64,000 bases of DNA, from the NCBI GenBank assembly GCA_934272785.1, contig CAKQSE010000004.1, positions 10,634 through 74,633 of the forward strand. Direction: 5' to 3'. The notes beneath the pieces were generated by a model. It was not told where the DNA came from and did no database searches. It worked only from the letters and a program-made list of their open reading frames with translations. This DNA comes from an uncultured Alphaproteobacteria bacterium. GTDB lineage: Bacteria; Pseudomonadota; Alphaproteobacteria; Rs-D84. The position numbers were made by a program, and so were the translations under genes. How positions within the stretch are numbered: position 1 is the first letter of the stretch; every line of letters starts with the position of its first letter. Shown here piece after piece: positions 31,350-40,253 of the stretch.

Positions 31350-32543
31350 TTATTCACCTGTCGATTCACTTGCGTCACGTTCAACGCTTTCCCAAGCATA
31401 ACCATTATTTCCAACAGTCAACACGCATTTTGCACCCAATGTTGTGCATGCGTCAGTTGGTGCAGGAATAGCTTTGTCAGCAACTGCTTTCGCCGCGGCC
31501 GCGTCTGTTACACCCTGGTCTGCCTTGGTCTGAGCCGCTGTAATTTTCGCATCATAACCATCATATGTGGTTACTTTTGTCGCCGTGATGCCAGAATTTA
31601 CCGCGCTCAACTGCGCTTCTGTCAAAGCGTCTTGTTTCTTTGCGATATCTTCGGTATTTTTAGTGATATTTTCTGTATTGGTGGCAATTGCATCAATCCT
31701 TTCTTTGGTAACACCTGTGCCTTCCAATGTCGTTACACGACCAGCCAGACCAGAATCATCATATTCATACGTTGCGCTGATGGTGCCATCTTCGGCAATT
31801 GTGATGTTTGAACCTTGTTTCAAGGTATTCTGTTTTTTCGCTAATTCTTCATTAACATATGTCGTAGATGCCTTGGTCGCCAAACCTGTTGTAGCATTAT
31901 TCACAGCGGCGGCTGTATCATCTGCAGTTTTTCCCTGGGCAGTGGTTGCATAATTACCAGCCAAGCCGTCTGCATATGTTTTTGCATTTTGCTCGGCAGT
32001 GGCGGCCGCACCCTTGGCATCATATGCAGCGTCAGCACGTGCTGTTTCCGTTGTAATTGCATCTGCAATGGATTTTGCAATAGAACCATCACCATCACCA
32101 GTCAATGTCCCCAATGTTGTGGTGTGACCCGCAACTGTTGTTTGCAAATTGCCTAATTCTTCTGATGTGGCAACACTTGCTGTGGAGTATTTAATTTTGC
32201 CATCGTCACCAACTGTCACGGCGGTCACAACGTTTCCTGTGCCATCTTTTACAAAGTCAGCAGCGGTCAATGTATTCTGCTTCTTGCCCAATTCTGCGGT
32301 TACTGTTTCAGAATCTGCCTTTTTGGCGATCGCATCTGTATTTGCTGTAACTTTTTCAGACAACACTGTAACAGTTGAAGCATCTGCCTTGGTTCCGACA
32401 GTTGTTGTCAAATCAGCAATCGCATCAGCGTTCACTTTCACCTTTGCATCAACGTATTTCTGTGATGTCAGGGCTGCGTCAGCAGAGTTTGCCGCGACAA
32501 CGCCCAACAATACTGTAAATATACCAGCGGTTAATTTTTTCAT
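31350..32543 (-). CDS. fibrous surface protein 3
   Basis: Signal peptide MKKLTAGIFTVLLGVVAANSADA. Motifs include SQKYVDAK, YVNEELAKKQNTL and KKQDALTEAQLSAVNSGITATKVTTYDGYDAKI. C-terminal knob IPAPTDACTTLGAKCVLTVGNNGYAWESV. Confidence 0.75.
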   Translation of the reverse strand: MKKLTAGIFTVLLGVVAANSADAALTSQKYVDAKVKVNADAIADLTTTVGTKADASTVTVLSEKVTANTDAIAKKADSETVTAELGKKQNTLTAADFVKDGTGNVVTAVTVGDDGKIKYSTASVATSEELGNLQTTVAGHTTTLGTLTGDGDGSIAKSIADAITTETARADAAYDAKGAAATAEQNAKTYADGLAGNYATTAQGKTADDTAAAVNNATTGLATKASTTYVNEELAKKQNTLKQGSNITIAEDGTISATYEYDDSGLAGRVTTLEGTGVTKERIDAIATNTENITKNTEDIAKKQDALTEAQLSAVNSGITATKVTTYDGYDAKITAAQTKADQGVTDAAAAKAVADKAIPAPTDACTTLGAKCVLTVGNNGYAWESVERDASESTGE

Positions 32544-32599
32544 TTTTCTTTCCTTTCTTTTTTGTTTTTTATTTTTTGTTTAAATCTTGGTTGGTGTGC

Positions 32600-33805
32600 T
32601 TATTCTTCTCCCAATGGGGCAGTTACATCCATCCACATCATATTTTTGGACGCCGCGTCCACAGACAGAACGCAACGACCGGATTCGGCGGCACATGAGC
32701 CCTCTGGCTTTGGAATAGTTGTGTCAAATTTGTCATCAACCGCTTTTTTATCATAGACGTCATCGGCGTTTGCCTTTTTCGCCAATTCTGTGTTCACTGT
32801 TGCCGCGTCAGCCTTGGCATCCAACGCATCTTTGATGTCACCCGTTGTCAACGCGTTCGTAATTGCACCAGTTACGTCAGCCATTGATGTAAAGTCTGTC
32901 AGCTTTTTATCAGAAACCTGATACTGGCCATTGGCATCAACTGTCGCGATATTGCCGGCGTTTGCCGCATCAACCGTCAACTTGTTTGCTTTGGTCGCCA
33001 TACCTTCTTGGTATGTTGTTTCTTTTACATAGCCTTTCAAATCAACGTCACCCGCCTGGATATCACCAATTAATGTATTCACCTGTGCCTTGGTATATGT
33101 ATCAACTTTGCGGTATACATCATTATTGATTTCATTGATTGCGCCAACGATTGTTTTTGCATCGGTGGTTAAATCACCCTCGCCAACCTTGGTGTTGATG
33201 TTGGAAATGTTTGTTTCATTTGTCGAAACACGACCAGTCAACGCGGTTAAATCCGTCTTGTTCTGATCCGCTGTGGCCTGGGCGGCTGATGCAGCCGTTG
33301 CAGCATTACCGGCCTTGGTATCCGCAGCAGCAGCGGCGGCGGCGGCGTCAGCGGCAGCCTGGGTCGCGTCAGCGACACCCTTGGTCAAACCAGATTCTGC
33401 ATCACCGATTGCCGTTTTATTTGCATTGGCAGTGGTCTGGGCCGCATCGGCTGCTTCCTTGGCCGCGTTTGCAGTATTTTCGACACCTGTTACAGCGTCT
33501 TTCTTGGCATACGTTGTTTCAGCATCCGCAGATTTCAAGTAACCATCCAAGTCAGCTGCGTCCGCCTTGCCATCAATCGTGGTGGTCAAATTGGTAACAT
33601 TTTGTTGTAATTCGTTCACCGTGGTTTTATCGGCCTTGCCTTCGACTGTTGTGGTCAAATTAGTAATCTTTTCTGTGGTCGTCTTGTCAATATTATCAAC
33701 ATACTGACGGCTGGCGATTTCAATCTTGGCATTTGCCGCCGTGGCACCCGCCGACAACATTATCGCCGCCATAAAACCAGAAAAAGCTATGTTTTTTACT
33801 TTCAT
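32600..33805 (-). CDS. fibrous surface protein 4 (long Ala-rich coiled segment)
   Basis: Signal peptide MKVKNIAFSGFMAAIMLSAGATAANA, SRQYVDN motif, repeated TTV.GKAD heptad-like units. C-terminal knob IPKPEGSCAAESGRCVLSVDAASKNMMWMDV parallels that of fibre 3. Confidence 0.75.
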   Translation of the reverse strand: MKVKNIAFSGFMAAIMLSAGATAANAKIEIASRQYVDNIDKTTTEKITNLTTTVEGKADKTTVNELQQNVTNLTTTIDGKADAADLDGYLKSADAETTYAKKDAVTGVENTANAAKEAADAAQTTANANKTAIGDAESGLTKGVADATQAAADAAAAAAAADTKAGNAATAASAAQATADQNKTDLTALTGRVSTNETNISNINTKVGEGDLTTDAKTIVGAINEINNDVYRKVDTYTKAQVNTLIGDIQAGDVDLKGYVKETTYQEGMATKANKLTVDAANAGNIATVDANGQYQVSDKKLTDFTSMADVTGAITNALTTGDIKDALDAKADAATVNTELAKKANADDVYDKKAVDDKFDTTIPKPEGSCAAESGRCVLSVDAASKNMMWMDVTAPLGEE

Positions 33806-33880
33806 TTTTCGTTCCTTTCTGTCCTTTCATTTTGCCCCGTTCCCCGTTATGGCGGAAGATTGAAGCCAAATTCCCCTTAC

Positions 33881-35944
33881 CTATTCTGCGATGCTGACCG
33901 CGGTCCATTGCTGTGCACTGCCATCATACAGAAACATTCCGTCGCCATCCGGCGCAGACAATTTTGCCGCAGCCGTCTTTTTCGCCTCGCCCGCGTCGGC
34001 CAATGCCGCGCTCGCAGTTGTCTTGGCCGCGCCAGCGTCAGTCTGGGCCGTGTTCGCCGCCGAAACAGCATCGGCAATCGACGCACCGTAGCCATCGTAT
34101 TTCGTGACCAATGTCGCCGTAATACCAGAATCCACCGCCGCGATTTGTTCGGCGTTTAATTTATCCTGTTTGCCCGCAACCGCATCATTGACATATGTTT
34201 CCGTCGCGTATCCCTTTAAAGTAATTTCACCACTCAGCGCGGCGTCAGCAATTGCCTTTTGCACGCCAGATGAACGGACCAGTTTATTCGAACCCGCCGT
34301 CGGCACATCGTCAATCGCGTCGGCACTGATGTTGTCCAGGCCAACCGTCGCACGGTTATATGTCACCGTCTGGGTCGCAGCATCATATGTAATGCCATTT
34401 ACAACACCATTGACATCACCGGTTCCGGTAACCGCAACCATACCCGCGGGACCAGTGTCACCCTTGTCACCTTTCTCGCCAGCGGGACCCTGGGGACCTT
34501 GTTCACCCTGGGGACCAGCGGGACCAGTATCGCCTTTTTCACCCTTTTCACCGGCAGGCCCCTGGGGACCTTGCTCGCCCTGGGGACCTTGTTCACCCTG
34601 GGGACCAGCGGGACCGGTATCACCCTTCTCGCCCTTTTCACCGGCGGGACCCTGAATACCTTGCTCGCCCTGGGGACCTTGTTCACCCTGGGGACCAGCG
34701 GGACCAGTATCACCCTTCTCGCCCTTTTCACCGGCGGGACCCTGAATACCTTGCTCGCCCTGGGGTCCTTGCTCGCCCGGGTCACCTTTGTCACCCTTTT
34801 CGCCAGGATCACCCTTGTCGCCCTTGGCACCGGCAGGAATCGCATCTAATTTTGCATCAATCTCGCTCTTGGCATAGACGTCAGAACTGTTCGCCTTGTT
34901 CGCCAGGCCGGCATTTAATGCCGCAATATCAGATTTATTTGTTTCAATTTGACCAACCGCAGTCGATGTAATGCCAGAATTTGTCGCCGCAATTTGCGCA
35001 TCGGACAATTTATCCTGTTTCTTTGCCAATTCGCTGTCAACATATGTCTGGGACGCCAGACCACTGATTGCGGTCGCAATCGCAGAATTCATCGCCGCCT
35101 TGGCACCGGCCACCTGGTCATCAACATATGTGATTTTTGCATATGGCGTCAGGTCAACATCCGCACCATCGCCCTTTGGTCCCTGGGGACCCATCGGCCC
35201 TTCGGGTCCACGTGGCCCCTCGGGTCCCATTGGACCCTGGGGTCCTTCGGGTCCGCGGTCACCCGGCGCACCCATAATTTCTGATTTAGAAATCAAATTC
35301 TGCCACGCGGTATCACCATCGTATTTCCATAACAGGTCTGTTTCATTGGAACCAATTACAACCTCGCGTCCGTCCTGGCCCGCGATTGTGCCAATCGCAT
35401 CCTTGACCCGGTCAATATCAACCGTGATTTCGTTTGTCCGATCATCAATCGAAACAAAACCATCAGACGCCGGCGTCAATGTGTCCTGTTTTCTGTCAAT
35501 TTTATCACCCAACGCAATATCGGCATTTTTCAGGTTTTCGATATCACGACGAATTGCACTGGCCTCGCCAGGTGTAACGCCAGAACCACCAGACGACGTA
35601 TCACCCGTCGGGCGTTTAATCGAACTGCCCCCGCTGACGGATGTGCCACCATTTAAATATTTACCAATCGACAAACGTGAACCCGTGGCAACACGACCAT
35701 TGGTCGTTGTCGCAGACGAATTTGTCGAACCAGTTGATGATTTATCGGACGTCGGCGTAACACGCAGTGAGCCACCACGAACACCAGACGCAGAACCGTT
35801 ACCATTGCCAGACGCAGCAGCCGCACTGTTGTATGTTCCAGCCCCCCCCAGGCTGCGCACAGATGATGCCGCGTTGGCCACAGAAGTCGCCGCACACAGC
35901 ACACACACGATTGCCCACGTTGATATTTTCAAGTCTTTTTTCAT
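33881..35944 (-). CDS. collagen-like fibrous surface protein 5
   Basis: 687 aa with signal peptide MKKDLKISTWAIVCVLCAATSVANA. Two GXY blocks (residues about 225-260 and 372-501). The YVD/KKQDKL/NSGIT modules are shared with fibre 3. C-terminus LSAPDGDGMFLYDGSAQQWTAVSIAE. Confidence 0.8.
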   Translation of the reverse strand: MKKDLKISTWAIVCVLCAATSVANAASSVRSLGGAGTYNSAAAASGNGNGSASGVRGGSLRVTPTSDKSSTGSTNSSATTTNGRVATGSRLSIGKYLNGGTSVSGGSSIKRPTGDTSSGGSGVTPGEASAIRRDIENLKNADIALGDKIDRKQDTLTPASDGFVSIDDRTNEITVDIDRVKDAIGTIAGQDGREVVIGSNETDLLWKYDGDTAWQNLISKSEIMGAPGDRGPEGPQGPMGPEGPRGPEGPMGPQGPKGDGADVDLTPYAKITYVDDQVAGAKAAMNSAIATAISGLASQTYVDSELAKKQDKLSDAQIAATNSGITSTAVGQIETNKSDIAALNAGLANKANSSDVYAKSEIDAKLDAIPAGAKGDKGDPGEKGDKGDPGEQGPQGEQGIQGPAGEKGEKGDTGPAGPQGEQGPQGEQGIQGPAGEKGEKGDTGPAGPQGEQGPQGEQGPQGPAGEKGEKGDTGPAGPQGEQGPQGPAGEKGDKGDTGPAGMVAVTGTGDVNGVVNGITYDAATQTVTYNRATVGLDNISADAIDDVPTAGSNKLVRSSGVQKAIADAALSGEITLKGYATETYVNDAVAGKQDKLNAEQIAAVDSGITATLVTKYDGYGASIADAVSAANTAQTDAGAAKTTASAALADAGEAKKTAAAKLSAPDGDGMFLYDGSAQQWTAVSIAE
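34442..34831. repeat. collagen GXY-coding repeat block with 90-bp internal periodicity
   Basis: About 43 consecutive Gly-X-Y triplets (GEKGEKGDTGPAGPQGEQGPQGEQGIQGPA units). GTTCACCCTGGGGACCAGCGGGACC recurs at 34501, 34591 and 34681. A second, shorter GXY block lies at 35165-35272. Confidence 0.9.
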
Positions 35945-36006
35945 AACTCTCTCTACTGATACCTAGTTTATCATATTTTGCGAATCGGGGTCAACACCTT
36001 TCTATG

Positions 36007-36723
36007 TTAAAATTCATATCTGATACCAACAGAAATTGAATTATCCAATATCGTGTCGATTTTATTTTCAAACCAGTGATTGGTTTCGTCGGTTGTTTGG
36101 AAATCAAATTTCTGCTTCGTGCCAGTCATACCCGCCAAGCGATAGCGAACATCCAAAACCAGGTTATCATCCAATTTCTGGGTATAGCCCAACATCAACG
36201 CCGCCATCGGCGCGACAGATGTTTTTTTGCGGTCACTGCCGTCAAAGAATACGGAATCAATCGTTGTTGTCGGCATCGCCAGTCCCAGACCACCGCCAAC
36301 ATACAGGCCGCTGGTGAAATCATAATAACCACTGGCCATCAAATACGGGATTGACATTGTGAATTCGGCCGCGCTGTCTTTGTCGCTGAAATATCCGATA
36401 TAGCCGGCCTCTACCTCGCCCCGCCAGAAGTAACCAAAGTGATAACCACCGGCCAGACTGCCGCCAAAGACAGGTTCAAACGAATAATCGTCCGAAGCGT
36501 AATCATTATTCGCCGCAAAATTATCATCAGACGAATATTTATTCTTCCAATTTAAAAAACTAACCTCGGCACGGCCGGTGATATACCACCCCGTCTTGGC
36601 CTTGTCTGTATAGTTATATGTAACATTATATCCGCCATTTGAATCAGGACGCACATAGCTGGGGGCCGCAGACGCCGCCGTTGTCACGCCCAACGCAACA
36701 AATAAAGTGAACAATTTTTTCAT
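36007..36723 (-). CDS. small outer-membrane beta-barrel protein (OmpA-beta-barrel/Opa-like)
   Basis: ATG at 36723 with an AGGAGG RBS. Signal peptide MKKLFTLFVALGVTTAASA, Gly/Tyr-rich alternating strands, C-terminus SVGIRYEF. It sits first in the same-strand run with the five fibre genes. Confidence 0.72.
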   Translation of the reverse strand: MKKLFTLFVALGVTTAASAAPSYVRPDSNGGYNVTYNYTDKAKTGWYITGRAEVSFLNWKNKYSSDDNFAANNDYASDDYSFEPVFGGSLAGGYHFGYFWRGEVEAGYIGYFSDKDSAAEFTMSIPYLMASGYYDFTSGLYVGGGLGLAMPTTTIDSVFFDGSDRKKTSVAPMAALMLGYTQKLDDNLVLDVRYRLAGMTGTKQKFDFQTTDETNHWFENKIDTILDNSISVGIRYEF

Positions 36724-36751
36724 AGTAAAGTACCCTCCTAAACTTTCAGAC

Positions 36752-36780
36752 AGTATATCATATTTCGATTCGCTTTCCAA
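36752..36780 (-). promoter_or_regulatory. candidate promoter for the OMP gene (and possibly the fibre genes)
   Basis: Minus strand: TTGGAA (36780-36775), 17-nt spacer, TATACT (36757-36752), about 30 nt upstream of the ATG. Confidence 0.4.
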
Positions 36781-36862
36781 AACATAAAAAACAGTTGTTG
36801 ACATTTTTTTGTCGTTTTTGCTAAGTTGTGCTTAGTAATATTTTGACAAGAGAGGAATATAA

Positions 36863-37267
36863 ATGAAAAAAATTCTGATTGGTTTTGCAATTTTAACTGT
36901 GGCTGCATGCACCAAGGTGCCCAGCAATATCAATGATGACAAGGTATTTTACGCGTTTGACTCGGCCGAGGTTTCAGATGCCGCACGTAAAAATCTGGAA
37001 TCCCAGGCATTGTATATGAAGAAAAACCCAGACAAAAATATCATTATGGCAGGACACTGTGACGAACGTGGTTCGACCGAATATAACCTGGCACTGGGCG
37101 CGTTGCGCGCGGGAAATGCCGCACACGTTTTGATTCACGACGGAATTGAACCGGAACGCATTAAAACAATTTCTTATGGCAAGGAAAATCCCCAGTATCC
37201 GGGTTCTGGCGAAGAAATTTGGGCCAAGAACAGAAATGCCACAACCCAAGTGGTTGACCAGAAATAA
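36863..37267 (+). CDS. pal: peptidoglycan-associated lipoprotein (OmpA-family)
   Basis: Lipobox ILTVAAC. OmpA-like domain FDSAEV...GHCDERGSTEYNLALGALRA...ISYGKENP. Confidence 0.9.
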   Translation: MKKILIGFAILTVAACTKVPSNINDDKVFYAFDSAEVSDAARKNLESQALYMKKNPDKNIIMAGHCDERGSTEYNLALGALRAGNAAHVLIHDGIEPERIKTISYGKENPQYPGSGEEIWAKNRNATTQVVDQK

Positions 37268-37298
37268 AAAGTGCGCCGACGGCGCATTTTTTTCTTTT
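37266..37298 (+). terminator. Rho-independent terminator after pal
   Basis: TGCGCC-GAC-GGCGCA (37272-37286) followed by TTTTTTT. Confidence 0.7.
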
Positions 37299-37320
37299 GA
37301 CCGAAAAAAGTTTTTTTACT

Positions 37321-38136
37321 ATGATTCACACCATGGAAGACAAGACTGCAATTTCGTTCGCAAATGTGGCCGCCGCATATGACGATGGACGCGAGGTTTT
37401 GACCGACGTATCATTTAATATCAGTGCGGGCGCGTTCTATTTTTTATCGGGTGCATCGGGCGCGGGAAAAACAACACTGTTGCGACTGATTTACCAATTG
37501 CACAAACCACTGCGCGGGCAAATCAAGTTATTTGGTCGCGTTACAAATGAAATGTCGCGTGACGATATCGCGCGTATGCGGCACAAAATGGCAATCGTAT
37601 TCCAGGAATATTCATTGCTGTCGCACCTGACGGTGTTTGACAATATCGCATTGCCGTTGCGCGTGCGCGGTGTTGCCGAAGATAAAATCAAAAAGCTGGT
37701 GGCCAAGGTTCTGGAATGGGTCGGTCTGGCAAAATACGCCGACGCAAATCCAATGGCACTGTCCGGTGGACAACAGCAACGCGTTTCTGTTGCGCGCGCA
37801 ATTATTGTCCAGCCATCAATATTACTGGCCGACGAACCGACCGGAAATCTGGACGATGAAAACGCGTCGCGTTTGATGGAGTTGTTTATCCAGATGAACA
37901 AAATGTTTGGCACGACGATTATCCTGGCGACACATAATAAAAAGCTGATGGATACTTATAAATTCCCGGTAATCCACGTTGAAAATCATCGTGTTGGATT
38001 TGGCACACACCCGGCGACAACCACCGCACCATCTGTAGATGCAAAGCCCGATATCAAAAAAGTATGGAAGGGACCAAAACCACAAAACTATTTCACCGAA
38101 TTATCAAAACAATTTGACGACATTGGGAACGCATAA
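37321..38136 (+). CDS. ftsE: cell-division ABC ATPase FtsE (with a C-terminal extension of about 45 aa)
   Basis: Walker A GASGAGKTT, signature LSGGQQQRV and Walker B ILLADEPTGNLD are present. It is followed by ftsX through an ATGA overlap. The start is uncertain (37297 TTG, 37321 ATG or 37333 ATG). Confidence 0.85.
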   Translation: MIHTMEDKTAISFANVAAAYDDGREVLTDVSFNISAGAFYFLSGASGAGKTTLLRLIYQLHKPLRGQIKLFGRVTNEMSRDDIARMRHKMAIVFQEYSLLSHLTVFDNIALPLRVRGVAEDKIKKLVAKVLEWVGLAKYADANPMALSGGQQQRVSVARAIIVQPSILLADEPTGNLDDENASRLMELFIQMNKMFGTTIILATHNKKLMDTYKFPVIHVENHRVGFGTHPATTTAPSVDAKPDIKKVWKGPKPQNYFTELSKQFDDIGNA

Positions 38137-38975
38137 TGAAGACACCTGTTGTATTTTCACTGGTTCGCAGCCAATCAATTTTTATGACCGCGATTATGTC
38201 GCTGTTGACATTTTTGGCGGTGCTGGCGTTTGGGATTTGCCTGTCGATTGGGACGGGCGTTATGCGTTGGAATGCCCAGTGGGACCTGTTTGCCACGGTC
38301 CAGGTTATGAATTCTGATAACAGTGCGGCGGTCAAAAAAATAATCAATGAAAACAAGGCCAAGACCGTTTCCGTGACCGAGGTTACGTCCGAACAAATGG
38401 CCGATTTAATGCGCCCGTGGATGTCGTCTGGGGGTGACGCATTGAAAAATTACCTGCCCCAGATGTATGAAATTCAGTTCAAAACAAAATCTGATTTGGA
38501 CGCGTTTGGTCGCCAGATTGGTGATAACGCGCGATTCTTGTCACACAGTGCAGCGTTAAAAAATTCGGCATCGGCCGGCTGGCAAATGATAATGATTTCG
38601 GCGTTGGTTTTGGCAATGGTGCTGGGCGCGATTGGCGTCTGTATATCGTATATCGCACGCAATACGGCATTGTTGCATAAACGCGAATTGGAAATATTAA
38701 ACCAGGTTGGCGCAACCGATTCATTTGTCGCGCGCCAGATGCAAATCATCGTGACAAAGATTTCTGCGGTGGCCGCGTTGGCGGGGTTCTGTGCGGCGGC
38801 ACTGGTGTTGCTGATGATTCTGGGGGCGGCGCACGGCGTGCGTGTTGGTCTGATGGCAATGATGGGATTATCGGGCGCGGGCTGGATTGCGTTGGCAATG
38901 CTGCCGATTGCGATTATAATATTTGCGATATACATCACGCGTCGCACAACGTTAAAGATTCTTGAAAACAACTGA
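38136..38975 (+). CDS. ftsX: cell-division permease-like protein FtsX
   Basis: 279 aa. One N-terminal TM, a periplasmic domain and three C-terminal TMs. Overlaps the ftsE stop. Confidence 0.8.
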   Translation: MKTPVVFSLVRSQSIFMTAIMSLLTFLAVLAFGICLSIGTGVMRWNAQWDLFATVQVMNSDNSAAVKKIINENKAKTVSVTEVTSEQMADLMRPWMSSGGDALKNYLPQMYEIQFKTKSDLDAFGRQIGDNARFLSHSAALKNSASAGWQMIMISALVLAMVLGAIGVCISYIARNTALLHKRELEILNQVGATDSFVARQMQIIVTKISAVAALAGFCAAALVLLMILGAAHGVRVGLMAMMGLSGAGWIALAMLPIAIIIFAIYITRRTTLKILENN

Positions 38976-39484
38976 TGAAATTACTGACACCGTCTTTATT
39001 ATTTCTGGCCCTGTTTGTGTTGGGTGGCATGATGTTCAAATCGATGGCCCCGACCCAGTGCGGCACGATATTACCAGACGACAGTATATTTGTCCTGACG
39101 GGTGATATGCGTCGAATTCCATTTGCAATGCGAATGCTGCGCACGTATCCAGATGCCGATTTGTATATCATTGGCGTTGGGGCCGATGCGTCATACGAAA
39201 TGACACGACGCGTAACGATTGAATCAGAATCAAAATCCACATATCAAAACGCCCGTGCAATTCACGATATTGTTGTGCGTGCGGGTCTGGACCGAATTGT
39301 TTTAATCACAACCGAAGATCATATGAACCGGGCATCATACCTGGTGCGTTCTGAATTACCAAATGTAGAGGTTGTCGCATGCCCTGCCCGACTGGCGGGA
39401 ATGCCGCCGGCGCGCCGTCTGGAACGCTGGACAATCGAGTATGTGAAATACATCGCCACTATGCTTGGTATCAAGGAAGGGTAA
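38975..39484 (+). CDS. DUF218 (ElyC/YdcF/SanA-like) protein
   Basis: 169 aa with an N-terminal TM. IFVLTGDMRR...IVLITTEDHMNRA is typical of DUF218. The ATG overlaps the ftsX stop (TGATG). Confidence 0.65.
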   Translation: MKLLTPSLLFLALFVLGGMMFKSMAPTQCGTILPDDSIFVLTGDMRRIPFAMRMLRTYPDADLYIIGVGADASYEMTRRVTIESESKSTYQNARAIHDIVVRAGLDRIVLITTEDHMNRASYLVRSELPNVEVVACPARLAGMPPARRLERWTIEYVKYIATMLGIKEG

Positions 39485-39516
39485 AAACGCAACATAAATC
39501 AAGGAAAAGCAGCGAA

Positions 39517-40224
39517 ATGTTAAAAACGATTTTGTTTAAATTTTTATTGGCCGTGTATTATATTGTTTGGTCACCGGTTATATTGATTGGACTGGTCTAT
39601 AAACCGTTAAACGATTTCTTGGTCCTGACGTGCGCCAGCGGGGTGTTATTGCTGGCCCGATTGATTGTCGGGATAAAATATGAAATCCACTATCCCCCGG
39701 TCGAAGAAAATGGTATCCCGGTCGCCCCGAACGAGAATTCACGCCTGGATGGCAAGGCAATTGTCGCGGCAAAGCATATGTCTATTCTGGAAATCGCGAT
39801 TTTGTCGACACATATCCCGAATTCATTTTTTATTGTAAAGCGCGAAATAATGTGGTTGCCGATTTATGGTTGGGCGTTTTGGCGTATGGGTCTGCAACCG
39901 GTGAACCGCACACGTGGTGCAACCAATATGAAAAAACTGGCCCACGTTGTCGGGGACAAAATTATGAACGGCCAAACATTGGTCATTTTCCCCGAAGGCA
40001 CACGTGTTAAACCAGGCGCGCGTCCGCAACTGCGCCGCGGATTATTATTCTTGGCACACGAATTAAAATTGCCGATTTTACCGGTGGGCACCGATGCGGG
40101 CCTGTATTGGCCCAAACGTGGCCGTATGCGTGGTGGCACGGCAAACATTTGGATAGAGCCGATATTACCATGCAACGCATCACTGGATGAAATTCGTGAC
40201 GCAATCAACCGTCACAGCGCATAA
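39517..40224 (+). CDS. plsC: 1-acyl-sn-glycerol-3-phosphate acyltransferase
   Basis: ORF 39379.. trimmed to ATG 39517 (AAGGAAAAG RBS). Acyltransferase blocks KHMSILE (HX4D-like), FFIVKRE and FPEGTR. Confidence 0.8.
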   Translation: MLKTILFKFLLAVYYIVWSPVILIGLVYKPLNDFLVLTCASGVLLLARLIVGIKYEIHYPPVEENGIPVAPNENSRLDGKAIVAAKHMSILEIAILSTHIPNSFFIVKREIMWLPIYGWAFWRMGLQPVNRTRGATNMKKLAHVVGDKIMNGQTLVIFPEGTRVKPGARPQLRRGLLFLAHELKLPILPVGTDAGLYWPKRGRMRGGTANIWIEPILPCNASLDEIRDAINRHSA

Positions 40225-40253
40225 AAAGCCCCGCCATTTGGCGGTGCTTTTTT

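Noticed and set aside
34399-34845. 148-aa minus-strand ORF and plus-strand ORFs 34104..34655 and 34499..34849 within the collagen block
   Set aside because: These are alternative-frame or antisense readings of the GXY repeat (giving RVP/KVT or SPF/GPW periodic peptides). The Gly-X-Y frame is continuous with the 687-aa protein and is the only one with a signal peptide and flanking conserved modules.
28822-35944. Fibre genes as the tail-fibre module of a prophage
   Set aside because: Nothing in the surrounding 10 kb looks like a terminase, portal, capsid, tape-measure, baseplate, lysis or repressor gene. Every fibre protein has a cleavable Sec signal peptide, which phage tail fibres normally lack. 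The flanks are housekeeping genes (yqaA-like, pal, ftsEX).
39379-39516. Upstream extension of the plsC ORF overlapping the DUF218 gene by about 100 nt
   Set aside because: The extension has no acyltransferase similarity. ATG 39517 is preceded by AAGGAAAAG and begins the expected N-terminal membrane helix (MLKTILFKFLLAVYYIVW).
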